The translations under genes were made by a program, and so were the position numbers. Under the pieces are notes generated by a model, which did not search any database, was not told the DNA's origin, and saw only the letters and a list, made by a program, of their open reading frames with translations. 64,000 nt of DNA from PVC group bacterium (lineage in GTDB: Bacteria; Omnitrophota; Gorgyraeia; B26-G9): contig JAAEQR010000072.1 of the NCBI GenBank assembly GCA_024231215.1, positions 65,210-129,209 of the forward strand, read 5' to 3'. Below, one piece after another: positions 36,440 through 45,528 of this stretch; position 1 is the first letter of the stretch; each line of letters begins with the position of its first letter.

Positions 36440-36523
36440 CTAGCTGCCGCGACATGGTTTACTGCCGTGATTAGCTTTTTTAGACTTCCACTTTAATTTG
36501 CCTTTTCTGGATCTTTTAGCCAT
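36440..36523 (-). CDS. 27-aa highly basic small ORF (MAKRSRKGKLKWKSKKANHGSKPCRGS) with strong SD, not in ORF track
   Basis: AAGGAGG 8 nt upstream of the ATG. Located between tsaD and the downstream PG-binding gene on the same strand. Composition resembles small ribosome-associated basic proteins, but no family could be assigned. Confidence 0.4.
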   Translation of the reverse strand: MAKRSRKGKLKWKSKKANHGSKPCRGS

Positions 36524-36648
36524 TGGTTTTGTGCCTCCTTTAAAAAATCATCACCAAGAAACCATAGCTTAGAAGCACAGCCTCTTATATGATGTATATA
36601 CTATTGTGCCAAAAAAATCGATTTTGTCAATCAGAATTTATTTATTAC

Positions 36649-37641
36649 TTATCTGCTCGTTGCAGCAGCAGTTAACGTGTACTTTGAGCGTACCCCTTTT
36701 TTATAGAGCTGATAACCGAGCATAGCGATCATTGCTGCGTTATCAAGACAGAAATGGGGATCGGAAAATAAGACCTTTATATGCTTTTTTTTGCCGGTTT
36801 CTTGCAGCTTTTCACGTAACAAACTATTGCAGGCTACTCCGCCGCCTACGGATATAATGTTTGTTTTGAATTTTTCGCAGGCGTTTATGCTTTTAGAAAC
36901 AAGACTATCAATTACTTCTTTTTGGAAGGCATACACTATTTGTGTTTTGTGTTTTTTACTGGGATTTTTTAGTTTTTGTGATTGGTAAAGAACAGCTGTT
37001 TTTATTCCGCTAAAACTAAAATCCAGAGTGTTTTCTAACCGTGCACAATTGAACCGGAAAGGAGAGGTGTTTATAGTCTGCGATAATTTGTCAATTACCG
37101 GTCCGCCGGGATACCCTAAATCCAATATTTTAGCTACTTTATCAAAGGCTTCTCCTGCGGCATCATCTCTGGTGCGTCCGATGATTTTTATTTTATTAAA
37201 ATCACTTACATAGGCTAAGCTTGTGTGTCCTCCGGAAACTACAAGCCCAATAAACGGAAACTGAAATTTCTTTTGCTGTAGGAAAGGAGAAAATAGATGT
37301 GCATTAATATGATTTACTCCGATAAACGGAATTTCGGTTGCGAAACTTAATGCCTTAGCAAAAGATACTCCGACTAAAAGTGATCCAACCAGGCCGGGGG
37401 TATTAGTGACCGCGATAAGTTTTATTTTAGCCAGCGGTACGTTGGCTTTTTTCAAGGCTTTATTTACTACCGGGCTTATGTATTCAAGATGGAAACGCGA
37501 GGCTATTTCCGGAATAATACCGCCGAATTTACTGTGTAGATGTACGCTGGAGCTAACGCAGGAAGAAATTACGGTTTTACCGTTTTTTATTACAGCCGCA
37601 GCTGTTTCATCGCATGAGGTTTCAATGCCTAATGTTAACAT
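36649..37641 (-). CDS. tsaD: tRNA N6-adenosine threonylcarbamoyltransferase
   Basis: MLTLGIETSCDETAAAVI N-terminus, Kae1/YgjD metal-binding His pair region (GVNHINAHL), GGVACN motif. Confidence 0.9.
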   Translation of the reverse strand: MLTLGIETSCDETAAAVIKNGKTVISSCVSSSVHLHSKFGGIIPEIASRFHLEYISPVVNKALKKANVPLAKIKLIAVTNTPGLVGSLLVGVSFAKALSFATEIPFIGVNHINAHLFSPFLQQKKFQFPFIGLVVSGGHTSLAYVSDFNKIKIIGRTRDDAAGEAFDKVAKILDLGYPGGPVIDKLSQTINTSPFRFNCARLENTLDFSFSGIKTAVLYQSQKLKNPSKKHKTQIVYAFQKEVIDSLVSKSINACEKFKTNIISVGGGVACNSLLREKLQETGKKKHIKVLFSDPHFCLDNAAMIAMLGYQLYKKGVRSKYTLTAAATSR

Positions 37642-37642
37642 T

Positions 37643-38461
37643 TTAATCTAATAACTCCGATAGGTATACAAATGTAATGCCTTCTTTTTTAAACTCAGGG
37701 ATTGTTTTAGCCAGGACAGACATAGTTGTTGGTTTAGCATGGCCTATGGCAATGGCCTGGCCTTGTCCTAAAGCAATTATTTTGGCTTGTTCTAACTGTT
37801 GTCGGATTGATTCTGCGTCACCATTGTTATCAATGAACACATCGCGTTTTAAAAAGGAAATGTTTATTGCCTGGGCAACTTTTCTACCTACGGATTTTGA
37901 ATCAACGTAGCTGTCTAAGAAAAAAAGCCCGTTATTTTTTAGTTCTGTAAGAACGATGTTCATTATTGTTTCATCTGCGGTTGCCTTAGAACCCATGTGA
38001 TTATTAGCGCCTTTTAAATGCGGAATATTAGTGATAGCTTGTTGAATGATTTTAGTTATTTGTTGTGAGTTCATCGTAGTTAATATTGTATTTTTCTCCA
38101 TAGATATTTGATCAGCGTTATAAGGCTCCATGGGGAGGTGTAAGATAAATTCGTATTTAAGTTTATGCAGTCTATTTGCGATATCTGCTGAATAGGGCAA
38201 GTGAGGTAGAATAGAGCAGGTCATTGGTGTATTAAGGGCTAAAAAGTCTTTAAGAATAGCTTTATTGTATCCCCAATCATCAAGTACAATAGCTAATTTT
38301 GCCACTTTCACATCCAGGGTTTTTTCTTCTGAGACTAGTTCCTCTGGGATGCTTTCGTTTTCCGGTGTGGGAGGAGAATAGTCTTTTTTCTGGAAGATAA
38401 AAAAAGATGCGACCACAGTCGCAATGATAACTGTAATAATAATTATTTTTATTTTAGTCAT
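37643..38461 (-). CDS. divergent polysaccharide deacetylase family protein (YibQ-like), membrane-anchored
   Basis: N-terminal TM. LAIVLDDWGYN motif and overall ~270 aa size as in the YibQ/DUF610 family. Confidence 0.5.
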   Translation of the reverse strand: MTKIKIIIITVIIATVVASFFIFQKKDYSPPTPENESIPEELVSEEKTLDVKVAKLAIVLDDWGYNKAILKDFLALNTPMTCSILPHLPYSADIANRLHKLKYEFILHLPMEPYNADQISMEKNTILTTMNSQQITKIIQQAITNIPHLKGANNHMGSKATADETIMNIVLTELKNNGLFFLDSYVDSKSVGRKVAQAINISFLKRDVFIDNNGDAESIRQQLEQAKIIALGQGQAIAIGHAKPTTMSVLAKTIPEFKKEGITFVYLSELLD

Positions 38462-38494
38462 TATTTATCTTAAAGCTTTAACGGAAAAAGAGCT

Positions 38495-39802
38495 TTAGTT
38501 TGTTTTTTTCATTGAATCGTATATTTTTATGCCGTGCATTAGATTGATCGCTGCTCTGAGCTGGTTGTCATTTTCGATAAATTCTTTTTCTTTCTTTTCT
38601 TTTTCGTTTTGTTCTTTGTCTTTTTTCTCTTCTTTTTTCTCATCTATCTTGTCGAAAATGTTAGTATCTTTTTCATTGGTTTTTTTAGAAGGGACTTCTC
38701 TTTTAACAACAACGTCTGGAGTTACACCTTCCTCATTTATTGTTTTCCCCGAAGGGGTGTAATACTTAGCTGTGGTTAAGCGCAGGGCTGATCCGTCACG
38801 TAAAGGGATTACTGTTTGTACAGAGCCTTTGCCGAATGATTGCGAGCCGACAATAATTCCTCTTTTGTTATCCTGAATTGCTCCGGCAACTATTTCAGAA
38901 GCAGAGGCTGATCCGCCGTTAATCAAAACAATAAGGGGAATGTTTTTAAAAGGAGATTTTCCGGTGGAACGGTATTCAAGGTCCTGTTCTTTATAACGGC
39001 CTTTAGTATAGACAATAAGGTCTCCTGTGGGCAGAAATTTACTTGCTGTTTCAACCGAGGAGATAAGCAGACCACCGGGGTTGTTGCGCAAATCGAATAT
39101 TAAGCTGTCCATGCCTTTTTCTTCCAGTTCTTGCAATGCTGAGTCTAGATTTTCTTTAGTTTTTTCTGAAAAATCAACTAGTTTAATATATCCGATATTA
39201 TCTTCTAGAATTGAAGCTTTTCTTATGGCTTTAATCTCGATGATAGCCCGGGTGATTGTATAATCTTTTAATTCATCTTCACTTTCACGCATGATTGTTA
39301 ATGTAACGTTTGTGCCCGGTTTACCACGCATTTTTTTTACAGCTTCGGTGAGTGTAATATCTCTGGTTATTTCGCCTTCGATTTTTACAATTCGGTCCAT
39401 AGCATGGAGGCCTACTTGATCTGCCGGGGTGCCATCTAGCGGGGTAATGATTGTCAGGAGATTATCTTTGATCGTTATTTCAATTCCCAAGCCGCCGAAT
39501 TCACCTTCAGTTTCCACTCGTAATTCTTTATACATATCAGGATCCATGAATTGACTATACGGATCCAGGGTGGCAAGCATGCCTTTTAATGCTCCGTATA
39601 TAATATCTTTTGATTTTACGTCTTCCACATAATCATGCTGGATAGAAGCAATGACATCAGAAAATAATTCGATTTGAGTATACAGATCTTCTTTGGGGTC
39701 TGTATCTGTCTTAGCGATTACCGTATTATTTAGACATAGCGTTATACAGAAAATTAATATAAATAAAAGGGAAATCTTTTTTCTTAACATTTTTACCTCC
39801 AT
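38495..39802 (-). CDS. ctpA: carboxyl-terminal processing protease (S41, Ctp/Prc family)
   Basis: Signal peptide, PDZ region (GLHAMDRIVKIEG), S41 catalytic motifs LINGGSASASEIVAGAIQD and K in FGKGSVQT. C-terminal K/E-rich tail. Confidence 0.85.
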   Translation of the reverse strand: MEVKMLRKKISLLFILIFCITLCLNNTVIAKTDTDPKEDLYTQIELFSDVIASIQHDYVEDVKSKDIIYGALKGMLATLDPYSQFMDPDMYKELRVETEGEFGGLGIEITIKDNLLTIITPLDGTPADQVGLHAMDRIVKIEGEITRDITLTEAVKKMRGKPGTNVTLTIMRESEDELKDYTITRAIIEIKAIRKASILEDNIGYIKLVDFSEKTKENLDSALQELEEKGMDSLIFDLRNNPGGLLISSVETASKFLPTGDLIVYTKGRYKEQDLEYRSTGKSPFKNIPLIVLINGGSASASEIVAGAIQDNKRGIIVGSQSFGKGSVQTVIPLRDGSALRLTTAKYYTPSGKTINEEGVTPDVVVKREVPSKKTNEKDTNIFDKIDEKKEEKKDKEQNEKEKKEKEFIENDNQLRAAINLMHGIKIYDSMKKTN

Positions 39803-41239
39803 TTATGTTGTTCCTAATTTTTTCCTTAAAATATCGTTTACTATTTGCGGATTAGCTTTTCCGCGAGTCTTTTTCATTACCTGTCCAACCAGAAACATGA
39901 GGGCCTTATCTGTTCCATTTCTAAAATCTTCGGCAACTGAAGCATGTTCCTGAATAACTTCGTCTACGATTGTTTCGATCTGCGATGTATCTGAGATCTG
40001 TACTAGATTTTTTTCTGTAATGATCTGAGTAGCTGTATTTCCACTAGTAAACATATCCGGTAGAATCTTTTTGGCTATTTTACCGCTTATTGTATTATTA
40101 TCAATTAATTCCAGCATTTCAATTAGATATTTAACTGGTAATATTTCTGCTAATTTTTTTGATTCAAGCTGATTGTTGTGTATATAATTCATTATATCGC
40201 CCATGAGCCAATTAGCAATAGTTTTTGGAGATTTATATTCTTTTGCTGCTTCCTCAAAATAGAGAGCTATATATTTGTCGGCGCTGATTACGTTTGCGTC
40301 GTATTCGGTGATCTTGTATTCCGAGACAAGGCGTTCTTTTTTAACAGCGGGTAGTTCAGGAAGTTCTTTTCTTACTGTTTCAATTGTCTTATCTTCTATT
40401 GTAAAGGGAGGAAGGTCGGGTTCTGGAAAATACCGGTAGTCATGAGCTTCTTCTTTAGTACGCATGGTAAAAGTCTTTTGCTTGTTTTCATCCCATAACC
40501 TTGTTTCTTGGACGATCAATTCACCGGCATTAAGTGCTTTTTCCTGGCGGATAACTTCATATTCGAGTGCGTCACGTACGCCTTTAAATGAATTCATATT
40601 TTTAAGTTCTGTTTTAACGCCTAACTTGGTTTCTCCTACAGGCCTAAGTGAAATATTTGCATCACATCTTAAGCTTCCTTTTTCCATGTCGCAGTCGGAT
40701 ACTTCCAGGTATTCAAGGATGCTTTTAAGTCGTGTTAGATAATCGTATGCTTCATGGGCTGAGCTTATGTCCGGTTCGGTAACGATTTCTAATAGACACA
40801 TGCCTGTACGGTTATAATCAACCAGACTGGATTGTGAAGTATGTATAAGTTTTCCGGCATCTTCTTCCATATGTGCGCGTAGAACACGGATTTTTTTTGC
40901 TGTAGAATTTTCCGTTTCTATTTCCAGATAGCCGTGTTCAGCCAGTGGCATATCATATTGAGAAATCTGATAGTTTTTCGGCAGATCCGGATAATAATAA
41001 TGCTTGCGGTCGAATTTTAGATAGTTAGAAACTTTGCAGTTAAGTGCTAAAGCAACCTTGATTGCGTATTGTAGGAATTTTTCATTTAAAACAGGAAGTA
41101 CCCCAGGCAAGCCTAAACATACCGGGCAGGTTTGTGTGTTTGCCGGTTGTCCGAATAGGGTGGAGCAGCCGCAAAACGCTTTGCTTTGCGTATCCATCTG
41201 CACATGTACTTCTAATCCGATTACTGTTTCGTATTGCAT
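39803..41239 (-). CDS. gatB: aspartyl/glutamyl-tRNA(Asn/Gln) amidotransferase subunit B
   Basis: MQYETVIGLEVHVQ N-terminus. GatB/YqeY C-terminal domain. Confidence 0.9.
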   Translation of the reverse strand: MQYETVIGLEVHVQMDTQSKAFCGCSTLFGQPANTQTCPVCLGLPGVLPVLNEKFLQYAIKVALALNCKVSNYLKFDRKHYYYPDLPKNYQISQYDMPLAEHGYLEIETENSTAKKIRVLRAHMEEDAGKLIHTSQSSLVDYNRTGMCLLEIVTEPDISSAHEAYDYLTRLKSILEYLEVSDCDMEKGSLRCDANISLRPVGETKLGVKTELKNMNSFKGVRDALEYEVIRQEKALNAGELIVQETRLWDENKQKTFTMRTKEEAHDYRYFPEPDLPPFTIEDKTIETVRKELPELPAVKKERLVSEYKITEYDANVISADKYIALYFEEAAKEYKSPKTIANWLMGDIMNYIHNNQLESKKLAEILPVKYLIEMLELIDNNTISGKIAKKILPDMFTSGNTATQIITEKNLVQISDTSQIETIVDEVIQEHASVAEDFRNGTDKALMFLVGQVMKKTRGKANPQIVNDILRKKLGTT

Positions 41240-41245
41240 AATTTT

Positions 41246-42694
41246 TTAAATTTCAGCTTTCTTTTTATGCCAGTCTGTATTTTGCTGGTAAGCATAAGCT
41301 ACATTAAACAAAGTTTGTTCATCAAAAGATTTTCCCAGAACCTGCAAGCCGATTGGTAATTTTTCTGCAGTTAGTCCGCAGGGGATAGATAACGCTGGAA
41401 TTCCGGCTAAATTTGCCGATATTGTAAATATATCCGAAAGATACATAGCTAAAGGATCATTTATCCGTTCTCCGAGTTTAAATGCTCCGGTGGGAGATGT
41501 CGGGGTAATGATACAGTCAACGTTTTTAAATGCATCTTTAAAATCCTGAGATATTTTAGTTCTTACTTTAAGTGCTTTTAAATAGTAAGCGTCATAGTAC
41601 CCGCTGGAGAGAGCATAAGTGCCGAGGATAACTCTTCTTTTTGCTTCCGGTCCAAAACCTTCACCCCTGGTTTTTAAATACATATCAATAAGAGGACTTT
41701 CTTTATCCAGCTTATTGTCGGTGCGAAGGCCGTATTGTACTCCATCAAAACGGGCTAGGTTTGAGCTGGCTTCGCTGGGAGCAATAATATAATAGGTTGC
41801 CACAGCGTATTCTGTATGTGGCAGAGATATTTCTTTAAACTGTGCACCTAATGATTTTAGTATTTCGATAACCTGCTGAATACTTTGTTTTACTTCCGGA
41901 TTGCTGTCCACATCAAAATATTCTTTAGGCAGCCCGATTTTTAAGCCTTTTATGTTTTCGTTAAGATTAGCAAGATAATCAGGAGTTTCGATATTAACAC
42001 TGGTGGAGTCTTTTTTATCATAGCCGGCGATAATATTTAAAAGTAACGCTGCATCACGGACATCATGTGTTAGAGGTCCGATTTGATCTAAGCTTGAGGC
42101 AAACGCAATCAAGCCGTAGCGGGATACTCTGCCGTAAGTTGGTTTTAATCCTACAACTCCGCAAAGTGAAGCAGGTTGTCTGATGGAGCCGCCTGTATCT
42201 GAACCTAATGCCCAGGGAGTAAATTGTGCGGCTACTGAGGCTGCAGACCCACCGCTTGAACCTCCGGGAGCACATTCTGTATTCCAGGGGTTATGTGTGG
42301 GGCCGTAACAGGATGTCTCACATGATGAGCCAAAAGCAAATTCATCCATGTTTACTTTTCCGAGAACTAAAGCGCCGGCTTGTTCTAGTTTTTCGATAAC
42401 CGTAGCATCGTAGGGGGGTCTGAACCCGTTAAGTATTTTTGAAGCGCAGGTTGTGAGTTGATTTTTTACGCAAAGATTATCTTTAATTGCAATTGGTAAG
42501 CCTTTGAGTTTGCCCTCAGGTAAGGTCTTGATTTTTTTTAATACCTGTTCTGGGTCAAGATGGACAAAGGCGTTTATTTTTGCATCGGATGATTCTATCC
42601 TTTTTAGATATGCCGATGCGATTTCCCAGGATGTAATTTCGCCTTTTTCTAATAATTCCAATAATTCTATTGCGGTTTTATTAACAATATCCAT
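41246..42694 (-). CDS. gatA: aspartyl/glutamyl-tRNA(Asn/Gln) amidotransferase subunit A
   Basis: Amidase signature GGSSGGSAASVAA with the catalytic Ser-cisSer-Lys region. Confidence 0.9.
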   Translation of the reverse strand: MDIVNKTAIELLELLEKGEITSWEIASAYLKRIESSDAKINAFVHLDPEQVLKKIKTLPEGKLKGLPIAIKDNLCVKNQLTTCASKILNGFRPPYDATVIEKLEQAGALVLGKVNMDEFAFGSSCETSCYGPTHNPWNTECAPGGSSGGSAASVAAQFTPWALGSDTGGSIRQPASLCGVVGLKPTYGRVSRYGLIAFASSLDQIGPLTHDVRDAALLLNIIAGYDKKDSTSVNIETPDYLANLNENIKGLKIGLPKEYFDVDSNPEVKQSIQQVIEILKSLGAQFKEISLPHTEYAVATYYIIAPSEASSNLARFDGVQYGLRTDNKLDKESPLIDMYLKTRGEGFGPEAKRRVILGTYALSSGYYDAYYLKALKVRTKISQDFKDAFKNVDCIITPTSPTGAFKLGERINDPLAMYLSDIFTISANLAGIPALSIPCGLTAEKLPIGLQVLGKSFDEQTLFNVAYAYQQNTDWHKKKAEI

Positions 42695-42781
42695 GAATTT
42701 ATAAAATTGATAGTTTTTATGTTTTTTTATTTATTTTCGTAGTTTGTTTTGTTCTATTGACCATGGACCATGGACTATTAA

Positions 42782-43066
42782 CTATATTATTTTTGGTACT
42801 TCAAATTGTCCGGTTTCTTTTTTTGGAGCGTTTTGTAGTGCTTCTTCATTAGGAAGAGAAGTCTTATTTTCATCTTTTCGGAATACATTTTTCAATTCTA
42901 AAACATGGATAGAAGCAGAAGCCTCACTTGTATCAAGCTGGTTTAGCTTTTCCATATAATTCAGGATTTTATCCAGTTGAGAAGTAAAGTTGTCTAAGTT
43001 ATCCTCTGCAAGCTCGATTCTGGATAGTTTAGCTACGTATTTGACCTGTATTTTATCAAGTGCCAT
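42782..43066 (-). CDS. gatC: aspartyl/glutamyl-tRNA(Asn/Gln) amidotransferase subunit C
   Basis: MALDKIQVKYVAKLSRIELAEDNLDNFTSQLDKILNYMEKLN...HVLELKNVFRKDE aligns with GatC (~95 aa). The track ORF extends 36 codons upstream with no support. Confidence 0.8.
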   Translation of the reverse strand: MALDKIQVKYVAKLSRIELAEDNLDNFTSQLDKILNYMEKLNQLDTSEASASIHVLELKNVFRKDENKTSLPNEEALQNAPKKETGQFEVPKII

Positions 43067-43172
43067 GATTAGAGATTTCTCCTCGTTTAGATTATTTAGT
43101 ATAGCATGAAAAATATAAGGAGACAACGGTTTTTTCTTTCTTCTAGAGGTATTATTTGGTAGAATAAGGGAC

Positions 43173-43667
43173 ATGTATAAAAGGATAACTATTTCTACTG
43201 TTTTGATGCTGGCGTTTATCGTAAGTAGCGTTTTTGCCCAGGTAAATCCGAAATTGGTAAATAGTCTGAATGAAGTTTTGGTTTTGGAGATAAAAGCAAA
43301 GCGTCAGTGTGATTTGCATCGCAGAAAGTTTAAGCTTGCTATCCCATATCATCAAATTGTAGTGGATAAGGGGCAGACAATAGATCAGATTACGGATTTG
43401 ATTATAGATATTGCAGGAACAGTAGATAAGCAATGGCCAGAACCAGCAGGAGCTGCTTTAGTAACAGAGGCAATGAATAATGACGCTTATAATCAAATTG
43501 AGCTTGTGCAGAAGTATGATTATATTCTTAGCCGGTTTGGGCATGCTTCTGTGCAGAGAACCATAAGTGTAGCCAGAAATAACGCAATGTATCATTTTAT
43601 GCTGCTTACTAATACTGCTCAGAAAATCATTGATGAAAATAAAATTAATGAACGTCTCTCCAAATAA
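43173..43667 (+). CDS. exported hypothetical protein
   Basis: Signal peptide MYKRITISTVLMLAFIVSSVFAQ. No recognisable motifs. Confidence 0.4.
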   Translation: MYKRITISTVLMLAFIVSSVFAQVNPKLVNSLNEVLVLEIKAKRQCDLHRRKFKLAIPYHQIVVDKGQTIDQITDLIIDIAGTVDKQWPEPAGAALVTEAMNNDAYNQIELVQKYDYILSRFGHASVQRTISVARNNAMYHFMLLTNTAQKIIDENKINERLSK

Positions 43668-43784
43668 TTAAATGTAAATTTTTTAAACTTTATAATAGTT
43701 TATTTAAAAGAATTATTTTGTAATTATATTTGATTTATCATTGGAGATAGATCACTTATTATATTTAATACTTTTTAGTAAACT

Positions 43785-43814
43785 TGACATATTTATTTGT
43801 CCTAAGGTATAATA
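43785..43814 (+). promoter_or_regulatory. consensus sigma70 promoter TTGACA-18nt-TATAAT upstream of fabG
   Basis: Perfect hexamers at 43785-43790 and 43809-43814. Confidence 0.55.
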
Positions 43815-43844
43815 AATATTCAAGTTAAAATAGCATTGTGCAAA

Positions 43845-43870
43845 AATTGTACTGCACAATAATAATTTTA
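43845..43870 (+). promoter_or_regulatory. perfect 8-bp inverted repeat ATTGTGCA-N10-TGCACAAT (putative operator) between promoter and fabG
   Basis: Read directly. Positioned ~+30 relative to the predicted promoter. Resembles TetR-type (FabR/FadR-like) lipid regulators' palindromic operators in architecture. Confidence 0.4.
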
Positions 43871-43893
43871 TTTTCCAACCAAGGTACACGGTA

Positions 43894-44640
43894 GTGGCTA
43901 ATTTAAAAAATAAAACAGTCATAATCACCGGCGGTTCCAGAGGCATTGGCAAAGCTTGTTGTCTGGCGTTTGCACAGGCAGGTGCTAATGTAATTTTTAC
44001 CTTCAGTAAAAGTAAACAGGAAGCAGACTCTTTAGAAAAACAGATAAATGATATAAATGCAAACTGTTTAGCTATTCAATCCGATATAAAAGACTATGAG
44101 CAATGTCGTGAAGTAGTTGTAAAAAGTATAGAAAAGTTCGAAAAGATTGATATCCTAGTTAATAATGCCGGAATTACTAAAGATAAGGCATTAATGATGA
44201 TGTCTGTAGAAGACTGGAAAGATGTTATTGATACTAATCTGGGTGGAGTTTTTAATATGTCCCGTGCTGTAATTACTACCTTTTTAAAACAAAAAGAGGG
44301 GTGTATTCTTAATATGAGTTCGATTAGTGGAATGGTAGGCATGCCCAGACAGACTAACTATAGCGCGTCTAAAGCAGGTATAATTGGATTTTCTAAAGCA
44401 TTGGCTAAAGAGGTGGCACCTTATAATGTGAGAGTTAATACGGTTTGTCCGGGTTTCGTTGGGACGGACATGGTTGATAATTTGCAGGATAGCGTTAAGG
44501 ATAATATTGCAAAATCTATTCCGGTAAAGAGAATTGGAGATGCCGAAGAAATAGCGGATCTCTGTGTGTTTCTGGCATCGGAAAAAGCACGTTATATTAT
44601 CGGTGAGACGATAAAAATAGACGGTGGTTTGGCAATATGA
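43894..44640 (+). CDS. fabG: 3-oxoacyl-[ACP] reductase
   Basis: SDR: TGGSRGIGKA, NNAGIT, catalytic S-Y-x3-K (YSASKAG), PGFVGTDM. Strong similarity to E. coli FabG throughout. Confidence 0.85.
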   Translation: MANLKNKTVIITGGSRGIGKACCLAFAQAGANVIFTFSKSKQEADSLEKQINDINANCLAIQSDIKDYEQCREVVVKSIEKFEKIDILVNNAGITKDKALMMMSVEDWKDVIDTNLGGVFNMSRAVITTFLKQKEGCILNMSSISGMVGMPRQTNYSASKAGIIGFSKALAKEVAPYNVRVNTVCPGFVGTDMVDNLQDSVKDNIAKSIPVKRIGDAEEIADLCVFLASEKARYIIGETIKIDGGLAI

Positions 44641-44656
44641 AAAATAAAAAAGAGAG

Positions 44657-44920
44657 GTGAATATGGCTGAGACAATTAATTTTGAAGAGGTAAAGACAGA
44701 GGTAAGGAAAATTGTCGCGGAAATTATCGAAACTTCCGAGGAAGAATTGAAAGATGACGCAGAATTTGTGGAAGATCTGGGTGTGGATAGCATGATGGCC
44801 CTGGAGATTGTTGCGGTTATCGAGAAGAAGTTTAAGATAACTATTCCGGAAGAAGAAATCCCGAACATTGGTTCTTTACAGAAGATATATGATATTTTAA
44901 AAAAGAGAATGGCTAGTTGA
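44657..44920 (+). CDS. acyl carrier protein
   Basis: 87 aa, acidic. Phosphopantetheine-attachment site LGVDSMMALEI (DSL-type Ser). Confidence 0.8.
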   Translation: MNMAETINFEEVKTEVRKIVAEIIETSEEELKDDAEFVEDLGVDSMMALEIVAVIEKKFKITIPEEEIPNIGSLQKIYDILKKRMAS

Positions 44921-44931
44921 TCTAACTTGAT

Positions 44932-45528
44932 ATGGGATATTGGATAGTCAGAACGATTTTTGTTGTGATCATAAAGGGATTATTTCGTGTTAAAATAGAA
45001 GGAACTGAACATATCCCGAAAGAGAGCAATTATATCATTGTTGCGAATCACGCCAGCTGGCTTGATCCGATGGTTATGGTTGCGGTAATTCCGTATAAAA
45101 TCTATGGCGTTGCGTTACGTTCTTTATTTCGTATAAAGTGGCTGCAAAGAACGTTAAAAGCACTAGAAGCAATTCCGACTGGTAATTCCTCAGGGCAAGC
45201 ACTTTCTTTATTAATGAAAAACAAGACAGTTGGTTTATTTCCGGAAGCAGGATGTAGTCGCGATGGCAAACTGCGCCGATTTAAAAATGGTGCAGCAGTA
45301 TTGGCTTTAAGAAGCGGTCGGCCTGTTGTTCCCTGTGGGATTAGCGGCTCATATGAAGCTATGCCGCGACATTCTCGATTTCCGAAACTCTTTTCTCGGA
45401 TTACTGTAAAAATTGGCAAACCTTTATATTTTCTCAAAGAATTCGATGAGCTTATTGATCCATTTTTACTGGAAGAAAGTACAGATAAGATAAAGACAGC
45501 GATAGAAAGATTGTGTTATGAACGATGA
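44932..45528 (+). CDS. lysophospholipid/1-acylglycerol-3-phosphate acyltransferase family (PlsC-like)
   Basis: HX4D motif VANHASWLDP, FPEAGCSRDG motif III, PVVPCGISG motif IV. Confidence 0.75.
   Translation: MGYWIVRTIFVVIIKGLFRVKIEGTEHIPKESNYIIVANHASWLDPMVMVAVIPYKIYGVALRSLFRIKWLQRTLKALEAIPTGNSSGQALSLLMKNKTVGLFPEAGCSRDGKLRRFKNGAAVLALRSGRPVVPCGISGSYEAMPRHSRFPKLFSRITVKIGKPLYFLKEFDELIDPFLLEESTDKIKTAIERLCYER

Noticed and set aside
42782-43174. 130-aa extended version of gatC
   Set aside because: The first 36 codons (MSLILPNNTSRRKKKPL...) have no similarity to GatC. The internal Met (MALDKIQ...) gives the canonical ~95-aa GatC, so the start was moved to 43066.
43894-44920. fabG + ACP simply being the housekeeping fabG-acpP genes
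   Set aside because: Not fully rejected. However, the genes are followed by an acyltransferase and an AAR fusion rather than fabF, the ACP is atypically long (87 aa, DSM site), and the downstream KS pair includes a dead KS. I therefore treat this as a specialised locus pending a genome-wide check for a second fab cluster.
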